Position numbers and translations under genes: made by a program. A stretch of 64,000 nucleotides of DNA from a virus: positions 1-64,000 of IMG/VR virus record IMGVR_UViG_3300032093_000070. One strand, 5' to 3'. This document shows, piece by piece, positions 1-8,645 of this stretch. The number at the start of each line of letters is the position of its first letter. Position 1 is the stretch's first letter. Below the pieces are notes generated by a model that saw only the letters and a list, made by a program, of their open reading frames with translations, was not told the origin of the DNA and searched no databases.

Positions 1-22
1 TCAGTTCATAGAGGACTACACC

Positions 23-295
23 ATGGTCATGGACAATGACCACGATGCTTATAGAGATCTCATTACAACCGCGAAGTTAAATGGAGAGGAGGTGGTCGGC
101 TTTGCCGATCATCTCCGCAACGAATGGGAGGATTATGTGGATCAAGTAGCTGAGTTATGCGCTCGCCAATGGGGTCATGAGGCTCCCGCAACCCTGATTA
201 TTCGGCAGATGCTGGGTGGATGGGGTCAAGCTCCGTTTGATCGATTAGCCAGGCATTACATCGAGCTGGCCCAGGAAGCTGAGGTGAACGTATGA
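23..295 (+). CDS. hypothetical protein
   Basis: ORF preceded by GAGGA; ATGA overlap with next gene. Confidence 0.7.
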   Translation: MVMDNDHDAYRDLITTAKLNGEEVVGFADHLRNEWEDYVDQVAELCARQWGHEAPATLIIRQMLGGWGQAPFDRLARHYIELAQEAEVNV

Positions 296-501
296 GCTTA
301 AGCCCGGAAGAGATCAACAACCTGGTCGAAGAGCTTATGTCTGTCGATCCAGCTGGCGGCTACCCGGATGGGTACGATGGCCGCGTTTTGGACGCGATCG
401 GCGCGATTATCGCCTCAGATGGAGATGCGTATACAGATAATGAATGCCTAGGGATGATCCATCAGCTTGTCAACCACTGGTCAGAGGTGGTCGATCTGTG
501 A
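292..501 (+). CDS. hypothetical acidic protein
   Basis: GAGGTG SD; ATGA overlap. Confidence 0.7.
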   Translation: MSLSPEEINNLVEELMSVDPAGGYPDGYDGRVLDAIGAIIASDGDAYTDNECLGMIHQLVNHWSEVVDL

Positions 502-527
502 GCTGATCCTATCCAGCTCACCAACAG

Positions 528-566
528 TGGTCCGGCGCAGCGAGCGCCGGGCCATTTGTTTGTGTT
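528..566 (+). terminator. intrinsic terminator
   Basis: TGGTCCGGCGC-agcga-GCGCCGGGCCA stem (one G-U) followed by TTTGTTTGTGTT. Confidence 0.7.
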
Positions 567-848
567 GAAGGCCCACCCACCCCTTCTTCTAGGGAATATA
601 TCTATCTATTTAAGCTCCGGAGAGAGATCGGGCCAGCCAGGAGAGAGATCGAGCTGATCGATCCCTAGATCGATCAATTGTCTACAAATAGACTTATAGA
701 TTTAGGCTACTGCCGGGAGTAAGCCGGGAGCACGACGTGTAAGGCCAGGTTTTGAATAGGGTCGGCGCGGCAGTTATCTGATAAGAGAGAGTCTGATCCA
801 AAGAGAGAGAAGAGAGATAGAGAGAGTACGGCGTGTCGTGGCAGGGTA

Positions 849-879
849 TTGACAGTAAAGCTAGAGCCAATGCTAGTGT
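849..879 (+). promoter_or_regulatory. sigma70/SigA-type promoter
   Basis: TTGACA (849-854), 19 bp, TAGTGT (874-879) with extended TG; spacer is long. Confidence 0.55.
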
Positions 880-961
880 GTCCTAGTAGCTATATCTATA
901 TCCAATGATAGGTATAAAGGGAGATTCCCGCGATCTAGCTATTCTATGGAAAGGTAAAGCA

Positions 962-1156
962 ATGATTACAGAAGTAGAGCTACCTAAGCTCAATAGTAAG
1001 AAGAAGGCTCCGGCCCAGCTGATCGATCTAGATACCAATGAGGTATTGATCAATGCTGAATTAACACTTCCCGCAGTAAAGCGCTTCATTAAGCACTATA
1101 AGGTATTCGGTATCTATACCCGCGCCACCCACAATGGAGTGGAGGTATCAGCATGA
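962..1156 (+). CDS. hypothetical protein
   Basis: GGAAAGG SD before ATG 962; ATGA overlap with next gene. Confidence 0.65.
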   Translation: MITEVELPKLNSKKKAPAQLIDLDTNEVLINAELTLPAVKRFIKHYKVFGIYTRATHNGVEVSA

Positions 1157-1728
1157 AGGATGATAAGGAGTATTACTTCAGCAACGATGGCACTATCCGC
1201 TCATGGGTAGAGTCTGATGATGAACCTATGGATCCCCGCGAATGGGATAACTTCGGCACTATGGTGTGCTTCCACAATAAGTACAAACTAGGTGATAGCA
1301 CCGACTTCAAGAAGGATGACTATGACTCATGGAGTGAAGTCCGTGATGCTATTGAAGCTAACGGCGGTGTACTTATCCTTCCGCTCGGACTTTATGATCA
1401 TGGTGGTATCTCTATGTATGTAGGGAATTCTCATGATAGGTGGGACGGCGGGCAGGTGGGATTCATATATTGCTCAATGAAGGATATTCAAAGAGAGGGA
1501 TTTACTCTCGAAAGCGCCGAACGCCTACTTCGCCAAGAGGTGGAGTATTACGACCGTTACCTCCGCGGATCAGTTTATAAGTATGTAGTTCAAGAGAAGT
1601 TAGCCAAGTGCTCATGCGGAGAGTGTGAAGAGTGGTTACTTATTGACTCATGCGGTGGGTACTTTGATTACGACGACGCTATTGCCAGCGCAAAAGCAAT
1701 GGTAGGCATAAAGGAGGTGGCAGGATGA
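1153..1728 (+). CDS. hypothetical phage protein
   Basis: 191 aa ORF, GGAGG SD; LYDHGG, WDGGQVGFIY and DSCGGYF segments. Confidence 0.8.
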   Translation: MKDDKEYYFSNDGTIRSWVESDDEPMDPREWDNFGTMVCFHNKYKLGDSTDFKKDDYDSWSEVRDAIEANGGVLILPLGLYDHGGISMYVGNSHDRWDGGQVGFIYCSMKDIQREGFTLESAERLLRQEVEYYDRYLRGSVYKYVVQEKLAKCSCGECEEWLLIDSCGGYFDYDDAIASAKAMVGIKEVAG

Positions 1729-1943
1729 AGCCACATAGATCATGGAAGGGAGAGCCTGATATGGGCTCAAAGAGCTCGGGAGTATTACTGATCTGCCGAC
1801 AATGCGGGATCAAGCATTCCGTTCAAGGTAAGTTCATTACTTCCACCATCGAGGTGGATGCTGAGACATTAGCTGAGGTAGATAGTATCGCCCTAGTTAA
1901 AGAATGCCCTGATTGCTGGGATCCAATACTAAGAGGCAAGTAA
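1725..1943 (+). CDS. small zinc-ribbon protein
   Basis: CRQC...CPDC; AGGAGGT SD. Confidence 0.7.
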   Translation: MKPHRSWKGEPDMGSKSSGVLLICRQCGIKHSVQGKFITSTIEVDAETLAEVDSIALVKECPDCWDPILRGK

Positions 1944-2071
1944 TGAGCATAGACACCGATCCACCCAAGAAGATAAACGACTGTAAAGCTTGCTACGGGA
2001 CCGGCATTCAAGGCTGGGCTATTGATGGTGAGTATGAAGTCCGCCCGTGCGATGTATGTATGAAAGATTAA
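1943..2071 (+). CDS. 42 aa Cys-rich peptide (not in ORF track)
   Basis: TAATG overlap; MSIDTDPPKKINDCKACYGTG...PCDVCMKD with DnaJ-like CxxCxGxG. Confidence 0.6.
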   Translation: MSIDTDPPKKINDCKACYGTGIQGWAIDGEYEVRPCDVCMKD

Positions 2072-2109
2072 GTTACTCGCCAGTAGCGGGAAGGTTACTC
2101 AGGAGTAAT
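2072..2109. promoter_or_regulatory. pair of TACT-N4-AGTA palindromes, putative operators
   Basis: GTTACTcgccAGTAGC (2072-2087) and GTTACTcaggAGTAAT (2094-2109), 22 bp apart. Confidence 0.45.
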
Positions 2110-2141
2110 GAGTTAGAGTTTCTGAATGGAGGTGATGCCTA

Positions 2142-2456
2142 ATGGTTAAAACGGACAATGATCCGAATGTAATCGATCTATGGCATGAGGGAGATAAGCT
2201 CCCTGATGGCCGGATCTATAATGATGATGAAACTATTATTAAGATTGAGGATCGGTTATACGAAGGATACGATGCCTTTATTGCAGAAGTAACTGATTAC
2301 CCTAAAAATGTACTCGGTTTTGATGTGGATAAGGTAACTGGCGTAAGAATTGATGGACTACTACTCGAAGTCTTTTACAAAGATAGAGACGGAAAAGAAG
2401 AATCAATTCACTTTGGTTATGATCATGTAAATGTCGTAACACTTGTAAAGCTGTAA
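2142..2456 (+). CDS. hypothetical protein
   Basis: GGAGGTG SD; 104 aa. Confidence 0.75.
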   Translation: MVKTDNDPNVIDLWHEGDKLPDGRIYNDDETIIKIEDRLYEGYDAFIAEVTDYPKNVLGFDVDKVTGVRIDGLLLEVFYKDRDGKEESIHFGYDHVNVVTLVKL

Positions 2457-2466
2457 GAGGAGAGAG

Positions 2467-2491
2467 AGTGGGCGGTAACCCCGCCCACTTT
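2467..2491 (+). terminator. GC hairpin, possible weak terminator or processing site
   Basis: AGTGGGCGG-taacc-CCGCCCACT with a short T tail. Confidence 0.4.
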
Positions 2492-2512
2492 CACAAAGGA
2501 GAGGGTATGTGT

Positions 2513-2695
2513 ATGAAGATCAAAGCAATATGCGAGATTGAGTATGATGTCGAGGATGTCATGCGTGATTACAAAAACGACTATCCTGATGTAGATTTTG
2601 GGATAGACGATGCAAAGAGTATGATCCACCAATGGATTAAGGACGACTTCGGATGTCTCCTTATGGACTACAAAGTAGAGGAAATAAATGCCTAA
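2513..2695 (+). CDS. hypothetical protein
   Basis: AAGGAGAGGG SD before ATG 2507/2513. Confidence 0.65.
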   Translation: MKIKAICEIEYDVEDVMRDYKNDYPDVDFGIDDAKSMIHQWIKDDFGCLLMDYKVEEINA

Positions 2696-2963
2696 AGTAG
2701 AAAGAGAAGCTCGCGTAGAGCTACGCAAGATTGATGAGAAGGGCCGTGCATGGCTCGCAAAGTATGAGATCTTTGAAGGTGAATTTATAGTGATGCGTGA
2801 GTTTTCAGCATGGTCTAATCCTTCCGCAGCAAAGCGTTGGGTAAAGACAATACTGTTAGCAACAACACCACGAAAGAGCATGCCATTCTTAGCTGGTAAT
2901 CACAATGAGAAGGGTAAGCCAATGCTGTTTACTGGTAGCGTACGATTTAAGGTTGATGCGTGA
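2688..2963 (+). CDS. hypothetical protein
   Basis: GAGGA SD; overlaps upstream gene. Confidence 0.7.
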   Translation: MPKVEREARVELRKIDEKGRAWLAKYEIFEGEFIVMREFSAWSNPSAAKRWVKTILLATTPRKSMPFLAGNHNEKGKPMLFTGSVRFKVDA

Positions 2964-3064
2964 GTACCAGCCCGTGGGATCCAAAGATCCTGCCAAACAT
3001 TCCTGATGAGGAGATCTATGAAGAAGATGACGATCAAGACGACGACGATTACGACGACGACTAA
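2960..3064 (+). CDS. 34 aa highly acidic peptide (not in ORF track)
   Basis: GTGA overlap; MSTSPWDPKILPNIPDEEIYEEDDDQDDDDYDDD. Confidence 0.55.
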   Translation: MSTSPWDPKILPNIPDEEIYEEDDDQDDDDYDDD

Positions 3065-3229
3065 AACAATAGTCATCCCTGATGATCTTTCAGAGTTAGA
3101 GTTTATTGAAACCTATGAGGCGTTAAAGCGATACCTTTCCGCCAAGGACAATCATGATGGGACCCTATCATCCCTAGTTGTACCTGCGCCGTAATAGAAG
3201 AGTCTTAGGGATCTTTCCACCTAAGATTA

Positions 3230-3268
3230 AAGAGCCCCACGGTCCTCCATCGTGGGGCTCTTATTTTT
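3230..3268. terminator. bidirectional intrinsic terminator between convergent arms
   Basis: AAGAGCCCCACG-N9-CGTGGGGCTCTT, A-rich 5' flank and T tract 3'. Confidence 0.8.
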
Positions 3269-5304
3269 TACTGATTATCTTTTATTAGCTTGATCTCACA
3301 CGCATCAGTTGTGCAATAAGCTTCACCAATAGCATCGGCAGCCATGCCAGCATAGACTCCAGAGAAGTCAATCGGGAATAACTTCATCGTATAGTCTTCG
3401 TACTCTTCAGCTGTGATCTGTGTGTAGGGCATCTGGGGATATACCGCGTTGCCCATAGGTAAGAAAGAGATAGTCTTGAGACGACCATCAAACATATGGA
3501 GCACCGTTCCAACCGCAGATCTCTCTTTCTCTGCATCAAAGCTCACCGTCACTGAGACTGAGTTATCAGACCAATGGTTTTGAGCTGTAGCCGCGAGAGA
3601 AACCTTTTCATAGATCGACACGTCCTTTTCTGATCTTTTAGCATCAGACTTGATCGGGAAGAACACAACGGAAGTAGTCTTAGGTGACTCTGACGCTGGT
3701 TCTATTCTGTAGTTAGCCATCTTAAATAACGGAAGCATAGGATCTTCGTTACTAAATCTAATAGCTCGAAGGAAGTACTCACCGCCGGGTGTCCAGTGAA
3801 CTCCTGGTGACTCACCTGCGAGGATAGAAACTGTTCCTGATGGCTTGACTGTTGTAGTTTTAATTGACTCACGAATACCTAGCCACTCTGAATAACCTTT
3901 GTCATATTGCTGGATCACTCCGTATCCTTCATCCATCCAGTCACGAAGTACAGACCAACCGACACGATCAGCAAAGTTAGCTACACCGGACATGGAGGTT
4001 CCAATGCGACGGTTGCGTTGCATAATCGCGTTGGTGTCTTCCCAGTGGGTAGGCAATAGGGTTACAGTCTTGGCATACAAATACGCAAACTTCAAGGTGC
4101 GCTTGTAATCTTCTAGTGAGTCATGACGGTTGAGGTAAGTCTCTACCAAAGTACAGCACTCAAAGCTTTCTAATGACTGCTCAGCACATGGGTTATACCC
4201 AGCCGCCCGCCAATCTTTATTGTTGGGTGCATCTTTGAGGCGACCATACTTACGGGTGACGTCCATCCAAATCACACCAGGCTCACCGTTTAATGCGATG
4301 CCATCAATGATATTGCTGAAATCATCTCCAACACAAACCTCGACGCTGTTGTTGCTCATCCATGCCCAGCCGGGTGCCTTTGGATCATAGGAGTTGCGCT
4401 CTGGATATACCGCAGGGTTCTTTAGGTTTAAGAAGTCTTTATCATCAAGACGACCCATAAGAAGCTCAGCACTACGGCGAACATTGCCAGATACAACGCA
4501 CACTCCAATAAGGTTGCCGATATCCGCAATATCTTTACGAGTAAGCTTTTCACCGGATCTCCCCTTAAATATCTTACGGATATAGTTGTGAAGCTTTTCT
4601 AACGGTTCGTGTCCCGCGGCTGTACCGCCGAAGGTCTTGATTGGCGTTCCCGCTGGACGGATCTCTTTGTAATCAAATACTGGGCTCTTCTGATCTGGTC
4701 GTAGGTAGGAATTGATGAGGAGGCTAACTGATTCAACCCATCCTTCTCTGGTGTCTGGGATGACGATTGGATCGGTGTCTGGTTGTGGGTCATAGATCAC
4801 GAAGTCCTTGTCTGCTCCCTTGTCATCAAATCCGACTCCCACACCTAGCATGGAAGCTTCCATAAGGAAAGCAAACGGCTTGGATGGATCGTTCTTGGTC
4901 ATGGAGCTAGTTGAAGCGAAGGCGCAATTCTGCAATGCCGCGGAGTTTTTGTACTCATTAACTAATGGGGTACCCATCACCCATAGCCCACGTCCTGGGG
5001 GTGTCCACTTCAAGTTAAATAATCGATCAAACGCCTCTTTAGCTGAGGACTGAGCTTTGGCATCATTCCATGGTAGGCGCTGGCTCTTGCAATGATCCTT
5101 TTGGATGGAGTACATACCCTCAATGACCCGCTGGCAAACATCAGTCCATGACTCTTTGGTTCCGTCTTCTTTCAAACGGGAGTAGGTACGAAGGAAGGTC
5201 ACTTCACCGACAGAATTACCTGCGGCATCTTGGTATCCCCATGGCACCTTTTTGGATTTATACCCCGCCAAAAATTCTTCTGTTAAACGGAACGATAACG
5301 CCAT
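3268..5304 (-). CDS. nrdJ: class II adenosylcobalamin-dependent ribonucleoside-triphosphate reductase (monomeric RTPR type)
   Basis: PPGRGLW, LQNC, GVGVGFD, GNVRRSA, NPCAEQ, TVKPSGT and C-terminal CTTDAC. Confidence 0.95.
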   Translation of the reverse strand: MALSFRLTEEFLAGYKSKKVPWGYQDAAGNSVGEVTFLRTYSRLKEDGTKESWTDVCQRVIEGMYSIQKDHCKSQRLPWNDAKAQSSAKEAFDRLFNLKWTPPGRGLWVMGTPLVNEYKNSAALQNCAFASTSSMTKNDPSKPFAFLMEASMLGVGVGFDDKGADKDFVIYDPQPDTDPIVIPDTREGWVESVSLLINSYLRPDQKSPVFDYKEIRPAGTPIKTFGGTAAGHEPLEKLHNYIRKIFKGRSGEKLTRKDIADIGNLIGVCVVSGNVRRSAELLMGRLDDKDFLNLKNPAVYPERNSYDPKAPGWAWMSNNSVEVCVGDDFSNIIDGIALNGEPGVIWMDVTRKYGRLKDAPNNKDWRAAGYNPCAEQSLESFECCTLVETYLNRHDSLEDYKRTLKFAYLYAKTVTLLPTHWEDTNAIMQRNRRIGTSMSGVANFADRVGWSVLRDWMDEGYGVIQQYDKGYSEWLGIRESIKTTTVKPSGTVSILAGESPGVHWTPGGEYFLRAIRFSNEDPMLPLFKMANYRIEPASESPKTTSVVFFPIKSDAKRSEKDVSIYEKVSLAATAQNHWSDNSVSVTVSFDAEKERSAVGTVLHMFDGRLKTISFLPMGNAVYPQMPYTQITAEEYEDYTMKLFPIDFSGVYAGMAADAIGEAYCTTDACEIKLIKDNQ

Positions 5305-5414
5305 AAGTATGATCCTCTCTTCTAAAGTTACATCGTAGTTGGTTTAAAGCTTTACTTCGAGACATATACCGTTCCATGGTCTGCTACATGCTGTTATCAC
5401 GTAACAGTGGAAGG

Positions 5415-6881
5415 CTATTCCTCTATAGATTTACGAATTATCTCGGTGGTTTCGACTTCATTTAGCCCGCCGTTAGGTAGCTCTTTGAGGGCTTGAGCCT
5501 TGTCTCCGAAGATAGAAGACAGAACTCCAGCCGATCCTTGGCGCTCCACGGTCATGCGAATGAACTCTTTTGAACTACCCATTTCTTGCATCTGGGCGAC
5601 CAATTTGTAGAGGCGGTCAATCTCTTGGGAAAGGTTCGGATCAGCGTATCCACCATTCATTTCTTCAGCAAATCGCATAAAAGCGACCCTTTGACCCTGC
5701 ATTTCAATGATTGCATTAAGTAATGCTTTGAGCTGATCTTTGGTCTTAACTTCAATTGGAAGCTTGAATGCACACATAGATTGGGGCTTAAAAGCAGGGC
5801 AGTTGCTGGCAATAAAACAGGTGTCACACTGACGAAGTGATGCTCCTTGGGTCTCAATAGACACCCGCTCTTGGATCACTCCATCGTCATCTACTTCGGT
5901 GGTTGTCTTGTATCCAAATACCGGTAAATTGGCAATTTCGTCTGGATTTCGTGGTTCAATTTTCCGCATCTGGACCCCCTTGTTATCAGGTACAGATACC
6001 CCCTTTTCCCCACTTTCCCCCACTTCACTCCCCTCGCTCTTATTATATAAGAACTCTTCTTCATCTTCATGGGTCATGCGATTTACCTTCATTTCAAATT
6101 GTTCGTATGACCAAACAGCCAAACGACATACCTCTTGGGGATCGTCTTCGAAGATCTTATCGGCGTCAATTCCAGCTTTCTCATAGATATGACGGTAGCG
6201 AGCGCGAGCTTGCTCTTTCATCTTCTTTGGATATCTTACCAGCCTAGTGCCGTCCCAAATAATTGTTTCACCGTGCATCATGGGTGATAGCCATGACAAG
6301 GTGCTTGCGGTCTCAACCTTTACTTGACGTAAGTTGTCTGGCTTGGCACACCCTAACGCATGGAATCTGGATCCATCTTTGGTTGCGTGTAGTCTGGTTG
6401 CGCTGGCTAGCTGACTGTCGTGCTCAATAGCTTCCCCCGATATTGCTATATCAAGGTAGGTATCGGTCAACGCCTTGAGCCCCCGTAATCCCGTCTCAGA
6501 GCTCCATACAGGCAAGAACTTACCCGGAGGTACCTCTGACCAGGCAGTGCGCCTTTGTTGGTCTACGAACTCTCTGGAGGCAAAATCACCGCTGATCTCT
6601 GTAAAGTAGGTCAATCGATCTATATTGGTGGCTATAAAGTCCTCGTATTTAGCGGCAAACACTTCCAAGTCAAGGCGATCCAATCTGGTTCCCTTAGGTA
6701 TGCCTGGGTGCACATAAATGTATGTGTCCTTTGAAAAATAGTTTTCCAATAAAAAGTCGCTCTTCTTGGGCAGTCCCCGCTTCATAGCCCGCCAGTAGCT
6801 AAACCCAACATGGTTAGCTGTGGTGGTCTCTAACAGTACGCGGTTACTGGGAACTTCCGCGCCCATGTAAACAATTCTCAT
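5415..6881 (-). CDS. two-domain protein: degenerate TGT-like barrel plus C-terminal Cys-cluster/helical domain
   Basis: RFHALG...ETASTLSW resembles the H-x-L/F-G...S-x-D-S-x-S-W tail of phage TGT-like proteins; CDTC-x5-C-x8-C. Confidence 0.45.
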   Translation of the reverse strand: MRIVYMGAEVPSNRVLLETTTANHVGFSYWRAMKRGLPKKSDFLLENYFSKDTYIYVHPGIPKGTRLDRLDLEVFAAKYEDFIATNIDRLTYFTEISGDFASREFVDQQRRTAWSEVPPGKFLPVWSSETGLRGLKALTDTYLDIAISGEAIEHDSQLASATRLHATKDGSRFHALGCAKPDNLRQVKVETASTLSWLSPMMHGETIIWDGTRLVRYPKKMKEQARARYRHIYEKAGIDADKIFEDDPQEVCRLAVWSYEQFEMKVNRMTHEDEEEFLYNKSEGSEVGESGEKGVSVPDNKGVQMRKIEPRNPDEIANLPVFGYKTTTEVDDDGVIQERVSIETQGASLRQCDTCFIASNCPAFKPQSMCAFKLPIEVKTKDQLKALLNAIIEMQGQRVAFMRFAEEMNGGYADPNLSQEIDRLYKLVAQMQEMGSSKEFIRMTVERQGSAGVLSSIFGDKAQALKELPNGGLNEVETTEIIRKSIEE

Positions 6882-6896
6882 AAGACGGCGTCCTCT

Positions 6897-7355
6897 TTAG
6901 CCATTGACACGAGGATCCTCTAGTAAAGCTTCTTCTTGTTTATCTAATTCCTGTATTACTTCGTCCCATGACTTCTTTGTAAGGCTATCTGGACGGTAGC
7001 GGTCATCTATGTATAAAGGGTTCAAGAATACAAGGGCGGTTATACCTTGCTGTAGTAATAACGCTGCGAGCTCTGGGTTCTCTGTAATCACATAATCTAC
7101 TGGGCCTAGACCGCGTACATATTCAACCTGCCGATACTCAGGGTTATCTCCTAAGTAAGTTAGGTTCTGATCTACCAAATCATCTAGCTTAAATATTTTA
7201 TTTTGTTTAAGCCAGTTGTTATCTTTTTCTTTATCTTTACATAAAATTAAAACTCTATTGGTTTCATTCAATGATCTGTATAACAACATCCCATTTGGGA
7301 TCGGTGCGTTCTTTTTATTTCGTAGAACACCATCTAAAAATACAAGTACGGCCAT
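6897..7355 (-). CDS. HAD-fold protein, degenerate motif I
   Basis: VLVFLDGVL at N-terminus (first Asp of DxD absent); WL...DDL segment. Confidence 0.5.
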   Translation of the reverse strand: MAVLVFLDGVLRNKKNAPIPNGMLLYRSLNETNRVLILCKDKEKDNNWLKQNKIFKLDDLVDQNLTYLGDNPEYRQVEYVRGLGPVDYVITENPELAALLLQQGITALVFLNPLYIDDRYRPDSLTKKSWDEVIQELDKQEEALLEDPRVNG

Positions 7356-7367
7356 AGCCGAACACTA

Positions 7368-7463
7368 TCACCTGTGGTGAAGGTCTATTGCCTCAACAGC
7401 GTCTATCGCGTCGTCAACATTCCATTCGTGTTGTACACTGCATTTTCCACACTGATAACACAT
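7368..7463 (-). CDS. 31 aa Cys peptide (not in ORF track)
   Basis: TAATG overlap; MCYQCGKCSVQHEWNVDDAIDAVEAIDLHHR. Confidence 0.5.
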   Translation of the reverse strand: MCYQCGKCSVQHEWNVDDAIDAVEAIDLHHR

Positions 7464-8389
7464 TAGCGACCGCCTATAGCCCTACGGATCAAGGTGCTTG
7501 CGTCAGGCAATTCCATGCCATAGGTCTGAGTCTCGAACTCCCGTTTACTTTGTGACGCTATATCTTTTAACTTTCTTAATGCTTGAATTGTTCCGGCAGA
7601 CTTACCTGCTTGCCAACGATAGTTATTTATATCGGCGTATCCTCCACCTGATGGACTAAAGGCATACTTCCTACCTTGATGAATATCTTCATACAAGTGT
7701 GCTCCTTGATCCACAGCTAATTTTAACGCAGTCTCGGCATTACGACGTGCCACATCGTTTTGAGCCATTTGGATATCATTCAAAGCTTTGGTGTATCGAT
7801 CAATAATCTCTGACGCCATTGAGGTATCTTGTGCCACTTTACGATCCCAGTGTTGGTTGATCGGTGGTTTCTTTAACTCTGGTTGTACCGTCCAGTCGTC
7901 GTTGATGAGGGAGTAGGCGGCATAGGGCTTGATGCTTCGTATATCTGATTGAACATTTACATAGAAGGTAAGCTCAAACGCCTCAAGGAAGTTTTGGTTC
8001 TTTTGGTTTAGCTCTCTAAAGTCTTGGTTAAACATAGACGCGATCTCTTTATCGCTCAACGCTTTGTACTTAGGGTTAGCTTGCCTAAACAATAGATAGT
8101 TGATACCTAGCAAACAGTCTAGGTCGGCTGGTGTTCTTGCCGCTGTCCATTGATAAGACACCCCAGATCCGGCGAGCCAAGCATGGACATACGCCTCAGG
8201 GTTGTAATAATTTGTCTTTAGAAAATCAAAAAGGATCCGTAAAACGGAGGATCTAACTGCCGGTACTAACTTGCCACTTCTAAACAATCTGGGATCTAGC
8301 CCAGTGGCTGGGGTGCTGAAATAAGAACTTTCAGATGGCTCTACTGATACGGGTTTCGCCTGTGAGACCAGCGCATCGTAGTAATTCAT
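7463..8389 (-). CDS. Pol-beta superfamily nucleotidyltransferase
   Basis: hAGS...ADLD signature and downstream ELTFYV strand. Confidence 0.7.
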   Translation of the reverse strand: MNYYDALVSQAKPVSVEPSESSYFSTPATGLDPRLFRSGKLVPAVRSSVLRILFDFLKTNYYNPEAYVHAWLAGSGVSYQWTAARTPADLDCLLGINYLLFRQANPKYKALSDKEIASMFNQDFRELNQKNQNFLEAFELTFYVNVQSDIRSIKPYAAYSLINDDWTVQPELKKPPINQHWDRKVAQDTSMASEIIDRYTKALNDIQMAQNDVARRNAETALKLAVDQGAHLYEDIHQGRKYAFSPSGGGYADINNYRWQAGKSAGTIQALRKLKDIASQSKREFETQTYGMELPDASTLIRRAIGGR

Positions 8390-8396
8390 CTATTTA

Positions 8397-8603
8397 TTAT
8401 AGTTCTTTTTCCTTTTTATCTACGTAGGTAATGTCGTAACGAGTCAACTTATCTTGAATATCTGTTCTCATTGAAGACATAAATCCGCACTCTGTGTGCT
8501 GTCCCACAAACGCATGAGCCCAAACCAGAATCAGATTGTCACTATCTGGAAGATCTGCTTGAAAACTTGCACCGCAGTTACATGTCATCTCAACAAATGC
8601 CAT
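8397..8603 (-). CDS. small Cys/His protein
   Basis: CNC...HTEC. Confidence 0.65.
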   Translation of the reverse strand: MAFVEMTCNCGASFQADLPDSDNLILVWAHAFVGQHTECGFMSSMRTDIQDKLTRYDITYVDKKEKEL

Positions 8604-8645
8604 GGGTGACCGCCCTTCGCTATGTAACTACAGTATACAGATGCC

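Noticed and set aside
886-942. Hammerhead ribozyme in the three-way-junction leader
   Set aside because: CUGANGA and GAAA core elements are not present in the required positions
5305-5414. Cobalamin riboswitch upstream of nrdJ
   Set aside because: Gap is only 110 bp and I could not find B12-box motifs
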